A DNA stretch of 64,000 bases from Strigamia acuminata (lineage: Eukaryota), in NCBI GenBank assembly GCA_949358305.1, contig OX442314.1, positions 2,294,001 to 2,358,000 of the forward strand. Direction: 5' to 3'. How positions within the stretch are numbered: the stretch's first letter is position 1; each line of letters opens with the position of its first letter. A model generated the notes under the pieces. It was not told the origin of the DNA. It searched no databases and saw only the letters and a program-made list of their open reading frames with translations. The position numbers and the translations under genes were made by a program. This document shows positions 50,328-61,341 of the stretch, piece by piece.

Positions 50328-53300
50328 TGTTGGAACAATACTTTATAAAATCAACAATGTATTTTGGTAACTATGTATGAAACGTGTGTTATTAAAAATT
50401 CAAGATGAATGTATGAATATATGAAAGCTCCATTGCATATCTGACTCTTCATGGGTTATGAGCCCAGACACAAATTTATTATGTGAAATATGGACTGTTT
50501 TTTGGCTGAACAATTGCATATTGTGAAGAAAGGTTGGAAATCTGAAGTTTTAATGCAGTTTTAAATGTTCCATGAGAATTAGGCCCAGAATTGCCTGAGT
50601 GATAAGCCTGTGCAACATTAAGCCCTGGACTGATTAGTTGATTTTAAGTGCTATTTCTGAGGAAATGATGGCAGATCAATTTGTAATTCCAGTTGAGAAG
50701 TTGAATGGCAGAAACTATGGTGCATGGAAATTTAGAGTGGCAATTCTACTGAGATCCAAACACAAGTGGGATCCAACTGCAGCACCTGTGATGCCTATTA
50801 AATTGATAACTGAAGATGAGAAAACTTTCAATACCAGATTGGATGAATGGCAGGTTAAAGATGTGGAAGTGCTGAATACAATTTTATCCACAATAGATGC
50901 TACTCAAATGAAATATGTGATGAATGTTGTTACTGCAGCAGAAGCATGGGAGAAATTGCAAGTCCAGAACCAAGGTGTCTTAGCAGAATTAAAAGTTCAA
51001 TTAAAAACTGACTTGGGAAGAATTCAGATGAAACCTAGAGAGACAATTCTGGAATACATTGGGCGTGCCACAGCAGTAGCTCAGGAACTCCAATCATTGG
51101 GAATAGTGACTGAAGAACCAGAACTTTGCTCACACATCTTGAAAGGATTAACTGCTGATTATATTAATGTTGTACGCAGCTGTGATGTACTGGGAGTGGC
51201 AGCAATGACAATTCAAGTTTTGCAACGTGCCTTATTGGCTGAGGAAGCAAGAAAGCCACAACAGACAACTCCAAAGCTGGAGAGTGCCAATTGGGTACGA
51301 GGTGCAACCTCCTATCAACGAGGCAGAGGTGGCAGACCAGCCAGAGGTCGAACCCAACTCAAATGTTGGAATTGTGGGATTCCAGGCCATAGACAAGTGG
51401 ATTGTCGCCGCCCACCCCAGCAGAACCAAGACACTCAGCCATCTACATCTGTCAATCGTGGTTTTCCTCCCCGGTCAAGACCTTGGGTTCCCCGAGGACG
51501 AGGATCATCTGGACCGTCCACATCCAAGCGAGTGACAGATGTGGAAGATCAAACACCACAGTTCGCTCTTGTTGCAACGGACAGTGACCCTGCTTATGTG
51601 GACAGGGAGAACGAACTTTTAATAGACCAAGAACAATTTGACCCTTACATATGGTATCTGGATTCAGGTGCAACTTCACATATGAGTGGAGACAGGAGTT
51701 TATTTACAACATTGGATGACTCATTTGTCAAGATGGTTTCATTGGCTGATGGCAGAGAGATCAAAGCATCAGGAACTGGTGTAATTATGCTAAATATTTG
51801 GTTTGGTGACCAAGCCAGAGTACTGAAGTTGGAAGACACCTATTATGTGCCTGAATTGAGTGGTAACCTGTTATCAATAAGCAGAATGACTAATTTGGGC
51901 TATAAAGTCGCATTTACTGCCCGTGGCTGTACAGTTTCTACAATTGACAATGTACAAGTGTTCCAAGCTTCATCCCATCGGGGATTGTTCAAATTACAAG
52001 CAAGAAGCCCCAATGCACCCACAATGGAAGACAAAGCAGTAGTGATGGCTATTCAATCACAACCTCCATTGACGGGATCAGAGTTGTGGCACCGCAGGTT
52101 GGCACACATAAACAACCGTGCTTTAAAGGATTTAGTAAAGAAAAATATGGTGACAGGGATGACAATTGATAAAGTTCATAAATGGACATTGTGTGAGGAA
52201 TGTGTGACAGCAAAGCACACCAGAAGCCCATTTTTGCCTGCACCATCAATTAGAGCCAGTGGGCCGCTACAGATGCTGCATGTAGACCTGTGTGGTCCCA
52301 TGCCACACCCTTCAATTGGAAGATCAGAGTATATCTTCATGATTGTAGATGACTATTCAAGGTGTTTGTTTCCTCGTTTTTTGGTGTCAAAGGCTGAGAC
52401 TTCGGGTGTCTTTGAACAATTTATAGACACACATCAAAATAAGTTTGAAGCCAAAGTCAAGATGGTTCGCTCAGACAACGGAACTGAATTTTTAAATCAA
52501 CACTTTAGGGCAATTTTGGACACAAGGGGAATTCAACATCAAACTACCGTCATCTATAGTCCATCCCAAAATGGAGTCTCTGAAAGGGCAAATAGATCCC
52601 TCCTTGACAAGACAAAGACTCTATTGAATGATTCAAAGTTGCCATACAAGTTTTGGGCTGAAGCTGCGGCATGTGCCGCCTACGCAATGAATCGCTCACC
52701 AACACGTAGGTTTCCGGGCGAGACACCCTATGAAAGACTTACTGGAAGAAAACCAGATATATCTAATATGAGGATTTTTGGCACTATTGCTTACGCATGG
52801 GTTCCAAAGCAACATAGGAATAAGTTGGATTCTCGTGCTAAACCGGTCATTTTCATGGGCTATCCCTTGTTGAAGCCGGGCTGGAAGTTTTATGACCAAG
52901 ATACTAATAATATCATTGTGGCACGAGATGTTAAGTTCAATGAGTCCAGATTGGGAATGGAATTATTATCAGGACAGAATGTAAAACCTGATCATGAACC
53001 AGAAATGGTGTACATACCTGAGGGAGATGTAAGCTCCCAACCCCCAGTTGTTTTTCAACAACCCACCAGACCGACACCGGGTCCAGAACGGAGATATCCT
53101 TCAAGGATACGACGTCAGGTCCAGCCTTATCAGGCAATTGATTGGCGACAGCATCGCACACAACGTTGGGAGAACCAACGAGCACATGTGGTGAACACCA
53201 ACCCACAGGTTGAAGTACCGATACATGAACCAAAGACATTTGCTGAGGCAGTGACATCTGACCAGGCGAGCCAATGGGTAAAGGCTATGGAAGAGGAAAT

Positions 53301-54908
53301 AGCCTCCCACACCCAACAAAATACTTGGACTTTGGTTCCAAGACCACAGGATGCAAAAGTAATTGGCTCTCGCTGGGTATACAAGTTTAAGAAGAAATAT
53401 AAAGCCCGTCTAGTTGTTCAAGGCTACAATGTCCACAAGGGCATTGACTATTCAGAGTCTTTTTCCCCTGTGGCTCGATTGGCTACCATCAGAATTATCT
53501 TAGCCATTGCTGCAATGTTTGGCTTTATAGTCAAGCACTACGATGTCAAATCAGCATACCTCCATGCGAAATTGAAGGAGGTAGTCTACATGGAGCAACC
53601 TCAAGGCTTTATTCAACCTGGGCGAGAAAACGATGTTTGGCTCCTAAATAAGGCAGTTTATGGTTTACCTCAGGCAGGCCGCGCTTGGCATGAAGCCCTG
53701 AACAAGGTACTTGCACAAGCGGGATTTAAGAAGTTGGTAGTTGATCCATGCGTTCATCTGTGGAAAAATGGTACCGACATTATAATAATGGGCACTTATG
53801 TCGACGATTTGATGCCGGCAACTAACGCCACACGGATGCTCGATCAGATAATGGGGAAAGTGATGAAGCAAGTTAATCTGATCGACCTTGGAGAAGTCAC
53901 AGAGATTTTGAGCATCAGGATTAGGCGACAGACCCACCCGTATGCACTTTTGTTGGACCAATCCAAGTATATATTTGAGGTCTTGCTTAAATTCAACATG
54001 ATGAATGCAAAGACAAGTAGAGCACCCATGGACCCATCCCAGAAACTGGAGGACCCTAATTATCCGCTCGGATCACCATTAATTAACGAGCCCTATCGAG
54101 AATTAATTGGCTCTTTATCCTACTTGGCTCAAGCTACTCGACCAGATATCGCTTATGCGGTATCCTATCTATCGCAGTGGTTGCAGAATCCGCATGACGC
54201 TCACTGGACAGCAGCAAAGAAGATCCTTCGCTATTTAAAAGGAACGGCTGATTTGTCGTTAATTTATTCTCACGGATTTGGATTATTGCGAGGATATGCC
54301 GATGCATCTTGGAACAGTGCCTCGGTTGATGCAAAGAGCTATGCAGGATTTATCACCATGCTGGGAAATTCAACCATCACTTGGCAATCAAAGAAGCAAA
54401 AGCTAATTGCCTTATCAACATGTGAATCGGAATTTGTAGCAATGGTAGAGTTAGCGAAAGAACTGAAATGGATAACATCATTGCTGGAACAGCTTGAAAT
54501 GACCAAATTAATTCAAAGACCGATTCAAATCTTTTCTGATAATCAAGCCGCCATCGCCCTCACTAAGAACCCCCAGTACCATGGGCGCACAAAACACTTT
54601 CACAGGAGAGTGTTATTTTTACGTGAGGATGTTCAAGATGGAACTTATGATATCAACTATATGTCTACAGAAGAGATGCCTGCAGATATTATGACTAAGG
54701 CAACAGGTGGTTTGAAATTGATCACCACAAAGGATTTTATTAATTTGCGACTATGTGATTCACCGTTACGATGAAGGGCGAGAATGTTGGAACAATACTT
54801 TATAAAATCAACAATGTATTTTGGTAACTATGTATGAAACGTGTGTTATTAAAAATTCAAGATGAATGTATGAATATATGAAAGCTCCATTGCATATCTG
54901 ACTCTTCA
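50328..54908 (+). mobile_element. Ty1/copia LTR retrotransposon, full length, recent
   Basis: Identical 124-bp LTRs (50328-50451, 54785-54908); GTTTC TSD; PBS GGTTATGAGCCCAG at 50454-50467 (half-tRNAiMet type); PPT GAAGGGCGAGAA at 54773-54784. Confidence 0.98.
50665..54774 (+). CDS. Copia gag-pol polyprotein (gag-CCHC-PR-IN-RT-RH)
   Basis: LNGRNYGAW, CWNCGIPGHRQVDC, WYLDSGATSHM, LWHRRLAH, RSDNGTEF, YVDD, YADASW, ADIMTK; single open frame. Confidence 0.97.
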   Translation: MMADQFVIPVEKLNGRNYGAWKFRVAILLRSKHKWDPTAAPVMPIKLITEDEKTFNTRLDEWQVKDVEVLNTILSTIDATQMKYVMNVVTAAEAWEKLQVQNQGVLAELKVQLKTDLGRIQMKPRETILEYIGRATAVAQELQSLGIVTEEPELCSHILKGLTADYINVVRSCDVLGVAAMTIQVLQRALLAEEARKPQQTTPKLESANWVRGATSYQRGRGGRPARGRTQLKCWNCGIPGHRQVDCRRPPQQNQDTQPSTSVNRGFPPRSRPWVPRGRGSSGPSTSKRVTDVEDQTPQFALVATDSDPAYVDRENELLIDQEQFDPYIWYLDSGATSHMSGDRSLFTTLDDSFVKMVSLADGREIKASGTGVIMLNIWFGDQARVLKLEDTYYVPELSGNLLSISRMTNLGYKVAFTARGCTVSTIDNVQVFQASSHRGLFKLQARSPNAPTMEDKAVVMAIQSQPPLTGSELWHRRLAHINNRALKDLVKKNMVTGMTIDKVHKWTLCEECVTAKHTRSPFLPAPSIRASGPLQMLHVDLCGPMPHPSIGRSEYIFMIVDDYSRCLFPRFLVSKAETSGVFEQFIDTHQNKFEAKVKMVRSDNGTEFLNQHFRAILDTRGIQHQTTVIYSPSQNGVSERANRSLLDKTKTLLNDSKLPYKFWAEAAACAAYAMNRSPTRRFPGETPYERLTGRKPDISNMRIFGTIAYAWVPKQHRNKLDSRAKPVIFMGYPLLKPGWKFYDQDTNNIIVARDVKFNESRLGMELLSGQNVKPDHEPEMVYIPEGDVSSQPPVVFQQPTRPTPGPERRYPSRIRRQVQPYQAIDWRQHRTQRWENQRAHVVNTNPQVEVPIHEPKTFAEAVTSDQASQWVKAMEEEIASHTQQNTWTLVPRPQDAKVIGSRWVYKFKKKYKARLVVQGYNVHKGIDYSESFSPVARLATIRIILAIAAMFGFIVKHYDVKSAYLHAKLKEVVYMEQPQGFIQPGRENDVWLLNKAVYGLPQAGRAWHEALNKVLAQAGFKKLVVDPCVHLWKNGTDIIIMGTYVDDLMPATNATRMLDQIMGKVMKQVNLIDLGEVTEILSIRIRRQTHPYALLLDQSKYIFEVLLKFNMMNAKTSRAPMDPSQKLEDPNYPLGSPLINEPYRELIGSLSYLAQATRPDIAYAVSYLSQWLQNPHDAHWTAAKKILRYLKGTADLSLIYSHGFGLLRGYADASWNSASVDAKSYAGFITMLGNSTITWQSKKQKLIALSTCESEFVAMVELAKELKWITSLLEQLEMTKLIQRPIQIFSDNQAAIALTKNPQYHGRTKHFHRRVLFLREDVQDGTYDINYMSTEEMPADIMTKATGGLKLITTKDFINLRLCDSPLR

Positions 54909-55599
54909 GTTTCACCATCATGGACGCCTTCTCCTGCAACCGGAACAACTCCTCATCCTTGCGCTGTTTCTCCTCCACTCCATCAACTGCTGCTTCGCGA
55001 TCAACTGCTGTTCAATCTGGCGCTGTTCGTCCTTTTGCTTCCTGCTGCAACTGCAACAACTTCTCCTCCTCCGTTTTCTGCTGCTCCAACAACACCTGCT
55101 GCTGAAAAACCTACAAAAACAAACAAAAATCAATACAAAGTCGGAAAAAACCAATTCACAAGCAACTCAAAATCACCAGATCCCACTCAAAATCACTAAA
55201 AATCAACTCAAAACAACCAAAAATTAACTCAAAATCACCACAAATCACTCAAAATCACTAAAAATCAACTCAACATCACTCAAAATCAACTCAACATCAC
55301 TCCAAATCAACTCAAATTCACCAAAAATTAACTCAAACTCACAAAAAACCACCAAATATTTTTCTAAATCAACTCAAAAATCGTCAATAATCAACTCAAA
55401 ATCCCAAAAAAACTCAAAATCACTCAAGAAAAATCAATTTTTTTAAATTATTTTTGTCTGCAATTCGGCCACTTCCTTCATCTTGCGATCCTCCTCCTCC
55501 ATCTGCTCGTGTTTGCGGCGCTCCTCCTCTTCCATCCGCTGCTTCACTTCAATCCATTCGCGCTCCTCCTCCTCAACTCTGTGATAAACTGACCAATGT

Positions 55600-56451
55600 C
55601 TGCAGAGGCGGATTTCTATCAGCCATTTATTGTTCGATTCGTGTATTGGTTTAGCCAATCTAAGATTTTCCACAACAAAACTCTCTTGCCCTGTAAAAAT
55701 AAAATACAATTTTTTTAATATTATTATTTTATTGGTGCGAAAAAAATTAATTTGTTACCAAACTTGTTTTCTATATTTGTGGATTCATTTTCTTTCATCA
55801 GGTTTACTTTTTGTTTCTTATTTGCGAGTTGCGTAGCAAACAAGCTTCTTTTGGACGAACATTGAAACTAAAATAATTTATAAACTGTAAACAAGATGGA
55901 TACAAAAATACCGATTCCAGTTTAGTTGTGAATAACAATTACGTTTCCAACCCAGGTTAGTTCTGAGATGAACCAGAAATTTGCATTCATAGCATTACTG
56001 GAATACGAAAAAGGATGTTTTGGAGGTTTAAAATTGAAATTCACCTGTGCTTTGGTCAGTTTTGGCACGACGGGAAAACCTGATGTTATCGACGTGATGT
56101 TCGGCGCTTTTTCAAGTAAACATACACTTTAAAGTGAAAAATCTTACGACAATTATCAGCCAAAATTTAAAATCTCTCGTCGATGCCTAATAAAATTAAT
56201 AACATAAAAATTATTTTTAAAAAAAAAACACGGTTAAATCGAGGAAATATTCAAAATAAACCGATTTTATAGTTATTATCGTTGATTTTGGTCAAACTTG
56301 CTTTCGTTTCTTCGATTTTCGCCAACGCAAACGGACGACTAGTCAGAAATTTCTCTCGTTCTGCCAATAAATATTGATCCGTTTCTTTAACACTCGGTCG
56401 CTTCACGCTTATTTCTTCCGAGTCGCACATGCCCGTCCCTTTGGCCGCCAT
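55600..56451 (-). pseudogene. RPAP1: RPAP1-like 5' gene fragment, copy 2
   Basis: MAAKGTGMCDSEEISVKRPSVKETDQYLLAEREKFL; colinear with 25180-26060; extra exon LAKPIHESN runs into E/R-rich sequence. Confidence 0.7.
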
Positions 56452-56699
56452 TACTCATCTACAATACTCGCCGCGAGATGTCACCACACAATCTAAATCA
56501 ACATGTCGGAAATTAAAATTTTTCAAGTTTCTCTGAGATTCGAAAGATTTTAGGAGAATTTTAATTGGACAGGGTAAAATTGTACAGTGATCCGAAAGAT
56601 CTTTTTGGGTTATTAGCGCATTAAACTCTTAGCGTCGCTAATTACGAACGATAGATAGCGCTGGTGTTGGAAAACGATGCGCATACATTTTATAAAAAT

Positions 56700-57272
56700 T
56701 TCAGCAAAAAAAGTTGTAGTCCGGATTGTCCAAATATCTGCTCCCCGTCTTCTCCCTCACGTTGTCCTTGATGTCGTCCGTCGCCCTCAAACAGGCCGAC
56801 CACTTCGCCGTTCGCCAGCAGCGTATTCATTCGCTCGAGAAAACTCAAGCCCGTCACGAAGCAAATCTTCTCGTCCTTGCAGCCGGTGCGGCGCAGCACT
56901 TGGCGCTAATCGTCAAAGTCCAAGTCCTCGGCCGTGTACCTTGATCTGAAGCACAGTGAGCCCGTTCATCCAAGCGACGAATCGCGACAAGGTCGTCTTT
57001 CCCGCTCCGCTCACGCCAACGAGCAATAACTGACCCTGCGACTGCCGAAAGATGCGGTCCAGCACCTCGTTGAAGAGCCCGAGCGGCACGTTCAGCTCTT
57101 CCTCGTACAATACCTTGAGACGCGCCTTCACGTAGTCCTTGGACAGCCAGTTGCTGTAGAGGATGGGACGGGCGAGTTGGACATCCCGCTCGATGTTCGG
57201 CAAGTGTTTGAGCGCCACGCAGTTGATGTTCTAGTCTGTCCTGGAAAAGTGTCAATCCTTCGTGAGCCCAAT
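56700..57272 (-). pseudogene. DYNC1H1: Cytoplasmic dynein heavy chain fragment (AAA3/4 plus stalk piece) with multiple deletions
   Basis: [85 protein letters not shown], then REK...YLDNPDYNF. Confidence 0.93.
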
Positions 57273-57337
57273 CACTCAAATAACACTTGGGTGGGTTGAA
57301 AGATGTCTCCTTAAATTCTCACTTCGAACGGAAGAAT

Positions 57338-57953
57338 AGGCCACAAATGGCGATTAGATGGTTTTTCTCCGGTATGAATTTTTAAATGAATTTTCAAATT
57401 CCCATTTCGATTGTGTCACTCACGATAAAATATTGGAAATAAAACAGGAAAAATATACAAACACAGCAAGTGTGGGTGAAAGAAATTGAAGCAAAATTTT
57501 GAGTTAAAAAGAAAAACAAAATGTCATTTGAAATAAAATTAGAATTACAGAATTATGAACTTAATGAACAATGTGATTTTTACTTTGTATGCTTTGTTAA
57601 ATGTTTTTTGAAAGTATCATTTCGACTACTAGAATAAGCACACAAATGGCACTTGAATGGGTTTTCTCCACTTTGCAAAGTATGAATTGCCGCACTTCAC
57701 ACTGGAGAAAAACCATTCAAGTGTCATTTGTGTGCTTATTCCTGCGTTCAATTGAATGCAGGTATAATCACACAAATGGCACTTGAATTGTTTTTCTCCA
57801 GTATGTGTTAATAGATATTGTTTTAGAGTTCCACTTTCACTGCTGCAATAATGACATAAATAGCACTTGAATGGTTTTTCTCCTGAATGGGTTAATAAAT
57901 GTCTCTTTAAATTTCCAGTTTAACAGCAGGAATAATCACACAAATGGCACTTC
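57338..57953 (-). pseudogene. Inverted partial paralog of the C2H2 gene 3' region
   Basis: Reverse complement matches ~60000-60730, including stop and 3' UTR; contains an internal fold-back. Confidence 0.88.
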
Positions 57954-57959
57954 ACAAGC

Positions 57960-58135
57960 AAGACATTCGTGAGTGCTCGGACGGCCACTTGTTCTGCAGG
58001 ACGTGCACCCGGCGTCAGGCAGAGACGCAGATCGGCCAGGACAGGTACCAGATGGCGTGCCTCGACCTATACTGCAAGAGCGAGTTCCCAAGGTATTCTC
58101 CCACGTCATTCAGGAGGAGGAGCGTGCTCATGCTG
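57960..58135 (+). pseudogene. RBR E3 ligase (RNF216/TRIAD3-like) RING1 fragment
   Basis: ECSDGHLFCRTC...QIG...MACLDLYCKSEFP, then PKVFSHVIQEEE in a shifted frame; GC-rich. Confidence 0.65.
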
Positions 58136-59508
58136 AAAGTCACTTCCTATGTACGAATTAAATCCGTTTTAATTATTTTCTTTAGATATTACCATTACTT
58201 TAAGATGAAATACCGCGAATATGTCATTTTGTTCACGTTTGATCACGACTGTTCGATGGATTCGCAATGGCGTCGTCATCGTTGCTTTGACCGCGCTATG
58301 TAAAGACGAGGTTTAGCACGAATTACTCAGAAAAACCTGAATTTTTCCCCGAGCAATTTGCAACTGTCGAATCATACACTAGGCATCACAGGCTAAGCAA
58401 TCGCTGCTTAAAAATTGTTTGGAAGTAGAAGCAACGAGGCTTTTAGGCTTTTAGGCCAAGATTCGAAGAGAAAACATAAGGTATGTGTGAAATTGCGCGT
58501 GTGTTCTGTAACTAAGACGTTTTAGAAATTTATTATGTTTCATTGTTTATTTTAACTCAATTTTGTCGCCAGGTGGATGCTGGTTATAATCTGTGAGTCA
58601 ATTATTTTATTGTTCAATAAATCCAAGTTGAATAAAAAAAAAGATTTTAGTTTGTTGCATTTTTCTTTCTACTGTTTATTTTCCGTGTGAATTGCATTTG
58701 GATTTGATAGAATTTGCTCATTGAATTGCACTTCCCCATTTACCCAATCTTCTCATCCAAACCTCGTTTCAGTCGCCATCTAGCTACAAATTTACTTCAT
58801 TTACTTCAATTTCTTCATTTCGTCAGGCGCATTCTTGAGAAACGAATCAAACAGTTCGTGATGTCTCGTGACCCACTGGGCTATTGAGAATTTAATCCTG
58901 CACAGTAAGCCGTAGAACTCATCACCCGGAATGCTGAGATGCACTCAACTAATCTTCCGAGTGCTTATTTATTGGGTTTGTGTGTGCGCCGTCGGGTGTG
59001 GGTTTGTTGTGACATTGTTTAACACGCCACACATCGCACTTTCTCATTCGTCATTTCTATTACGTCTTAAAGGTATCAAAGTTTCAAAATACTTGAAAAT
59101 GTGAAAGATTTGCGGATGATGGTTAAAGGCAGAGGAGATACTAATCTCTGGATTTCTTTTGATTGCGTTTTAATTTTATATTTTCTAGTTTATAAACGTA
59201 TGGTACATCGTGCTCGGACGACGAACGTTAGGCCTAACAGACGAATTGCATTCTATTGCGATTCTTGTCCACCAGGGCTCCTTTCGACTGGATTCTTTGT
59301 GATCAGAGATCTCTACTGACCTCACAAAGTATTTTTTAAAGGTAAAATCAGTTACAGGTTTGTAAAGCTAATAGATTGATCAGAAGAGTAGCGCTAGGGT
59401 TGATGAGCAGTGAGGGGAACAAATTAAAGAATTAATTTTTTTTTTAATTTTAGAACAAGTTTATTTCCGCGTCATCGGGAGTCATCTGCTAAAAACTGAA
59501 AGTCAAAA

Positions 59509-60447
59509 ATGGAAAGAAAAGTTCAAAAATACAGTTGCAATTTGTGCGACTATTCGTGTTCATATTATTGTCTTTTGAAACAACACATGCTCAAACACAC
59601 TGGTGAAAAGCCTTACAAATGTCAAACATGTTCACTTTCCTTTCGACTTAAACAATGCATGATTGTCCATATGAGAATTCATACTGGAGAAAAGACATTC
59701 GAGTGTCATTTGTGTGATTATTCTTGCAATCAAAGTGGGCATTTACGAAGTCATCTATTAACCCATTCAGGAGAAAAACCATTCAAGTGCCATTTGTGTG
59801 CTTATTCTTGCAATCAAAGTGGGAATTTAAGAAGTCATCTATTAACCCATACTGGAGAAAAACCATTCTAGTGCCATTTATGTGATTATTCCTGCAGTCA
59901 AAGTGGACATCTAAAAAGCCACATTGCAACCCACACTGGGGAAAAACCATTCAAGTGCCATTTGTGTGATTATTCCTGTATTGGAAGTGGGAATTTAAGA
60001 AAACATTTATTAACTCATACTGGAGAAAAACCATTCGAGTGCCATTTGTGTGATTATTGCAGCAGTGAAAGTGGACATCTAAAAAGACATTTATTAACCC
60101 ATACTGGAGAAAAACCATTCAAGTGCCATTTGTGTGATTATTCCTGTACTACAAGTAGTTATTTAAAAAAGCATTTGTTAACCCATAGTGGAGAAAAACC
60201 ATTCAATTGCCATTTGTGTGATTATTCCTGTATTCAAAGTGGGGATTTAAGAAGACATTTATTAACCCATACTGGAGAAAAACCATTCAAGTGCCATTTG
60301 TGTGCTTATTCTTGCAATCGGAGTGGGAATTTAAACAGTCACCTATTAACCCATTCGGGAGAAAAACCTTTCAATTGCCATTTGTGTGCTTTTTCTAGTA
60401 ATCGAAATGATACTTTTAAAAGACATTTAACAAAGCATATAAAGTGA
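59509..60447 (+). CDS. Tandem C2H2 zinc-finger protein, 11 fingers, with an in-frame TAG at 59869 (possible pseudogene)
   Basis: Repeated CHLCDYSC..SG.L..HLLTH-TGEKPF units; both listed ORFs share one frame; AG acceptor near 59453. Confidence 0.9.
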
Positions 60448-61341
60448 AAATTACATTGTTCATTAAGTTCATAATTCTGTATTTCTAATTTTATTTCAAC
60501 TGACATTTTGTTTTGTTTTTAACTCAAAATTTTGCTTGAATTTGTTTAATCCACAAATCAAAACCTGTTACTTGCTGCGTTTGTGTATTTTTTTCATTTT
60601 ATTTTCAATTTTTTATGGTGAGCGACACACGAAAAACTCTTGTTTTATCTTGCAATCAAAATGGGAATTTGAAAATTTATTTAAAAATTCATCATACCAT
60701 AGAAAAACCATGTAATTGCCATTTGTGTGCCTTCTTCTTGACTCGAAGTGAGGATTTAAATAAACATTTATTAACCCAACACGAGAGAAAACAATTCATG
60801 CTATTTGTTTGCATATTCTTGTATTCTTAAATTCAAAACGATTCAATTTCTGTTTTTATTTGTGCATTAATGCATTTCAATTTGATTTTTAAAAATAAAT
60901 ATTACATAAATATTTGTTATCAGAATTCCTTTCAACCGGGTCGAATGTTTTTCCGGTAGAAAATATTCGTGGTAAAAAAAATACGGTTGAAAGGCATCCT
61001 GCTTGCCATTAATACATGTTATTATTTCTGCATTTATTTATTTATTTCTGCATTGAAAGTTCTATATTTGAAATTGCATTTTGTGTTCAACTCAAATTTA
61101 AGAAATCTGAAACTTGTTTTAATTTGTTTCATCCACGAAACAAAATCTTCCGTTTCTGTATATTTTTCTCATTTCATTTCTAATTTATTATTTCTTCTGA
61201 AATCTTGTAATAAATAGAATTAAAAGCCGTTTTTTTTGTCATTCTAATTTTCTTTCAAATGACATTTTGTTTTTGTGCTTTATCTTGCAATCAAAAAGGG
61301 AATTTGAAAATGCATTTAAAAATTCATACCTGAGAAAAACC

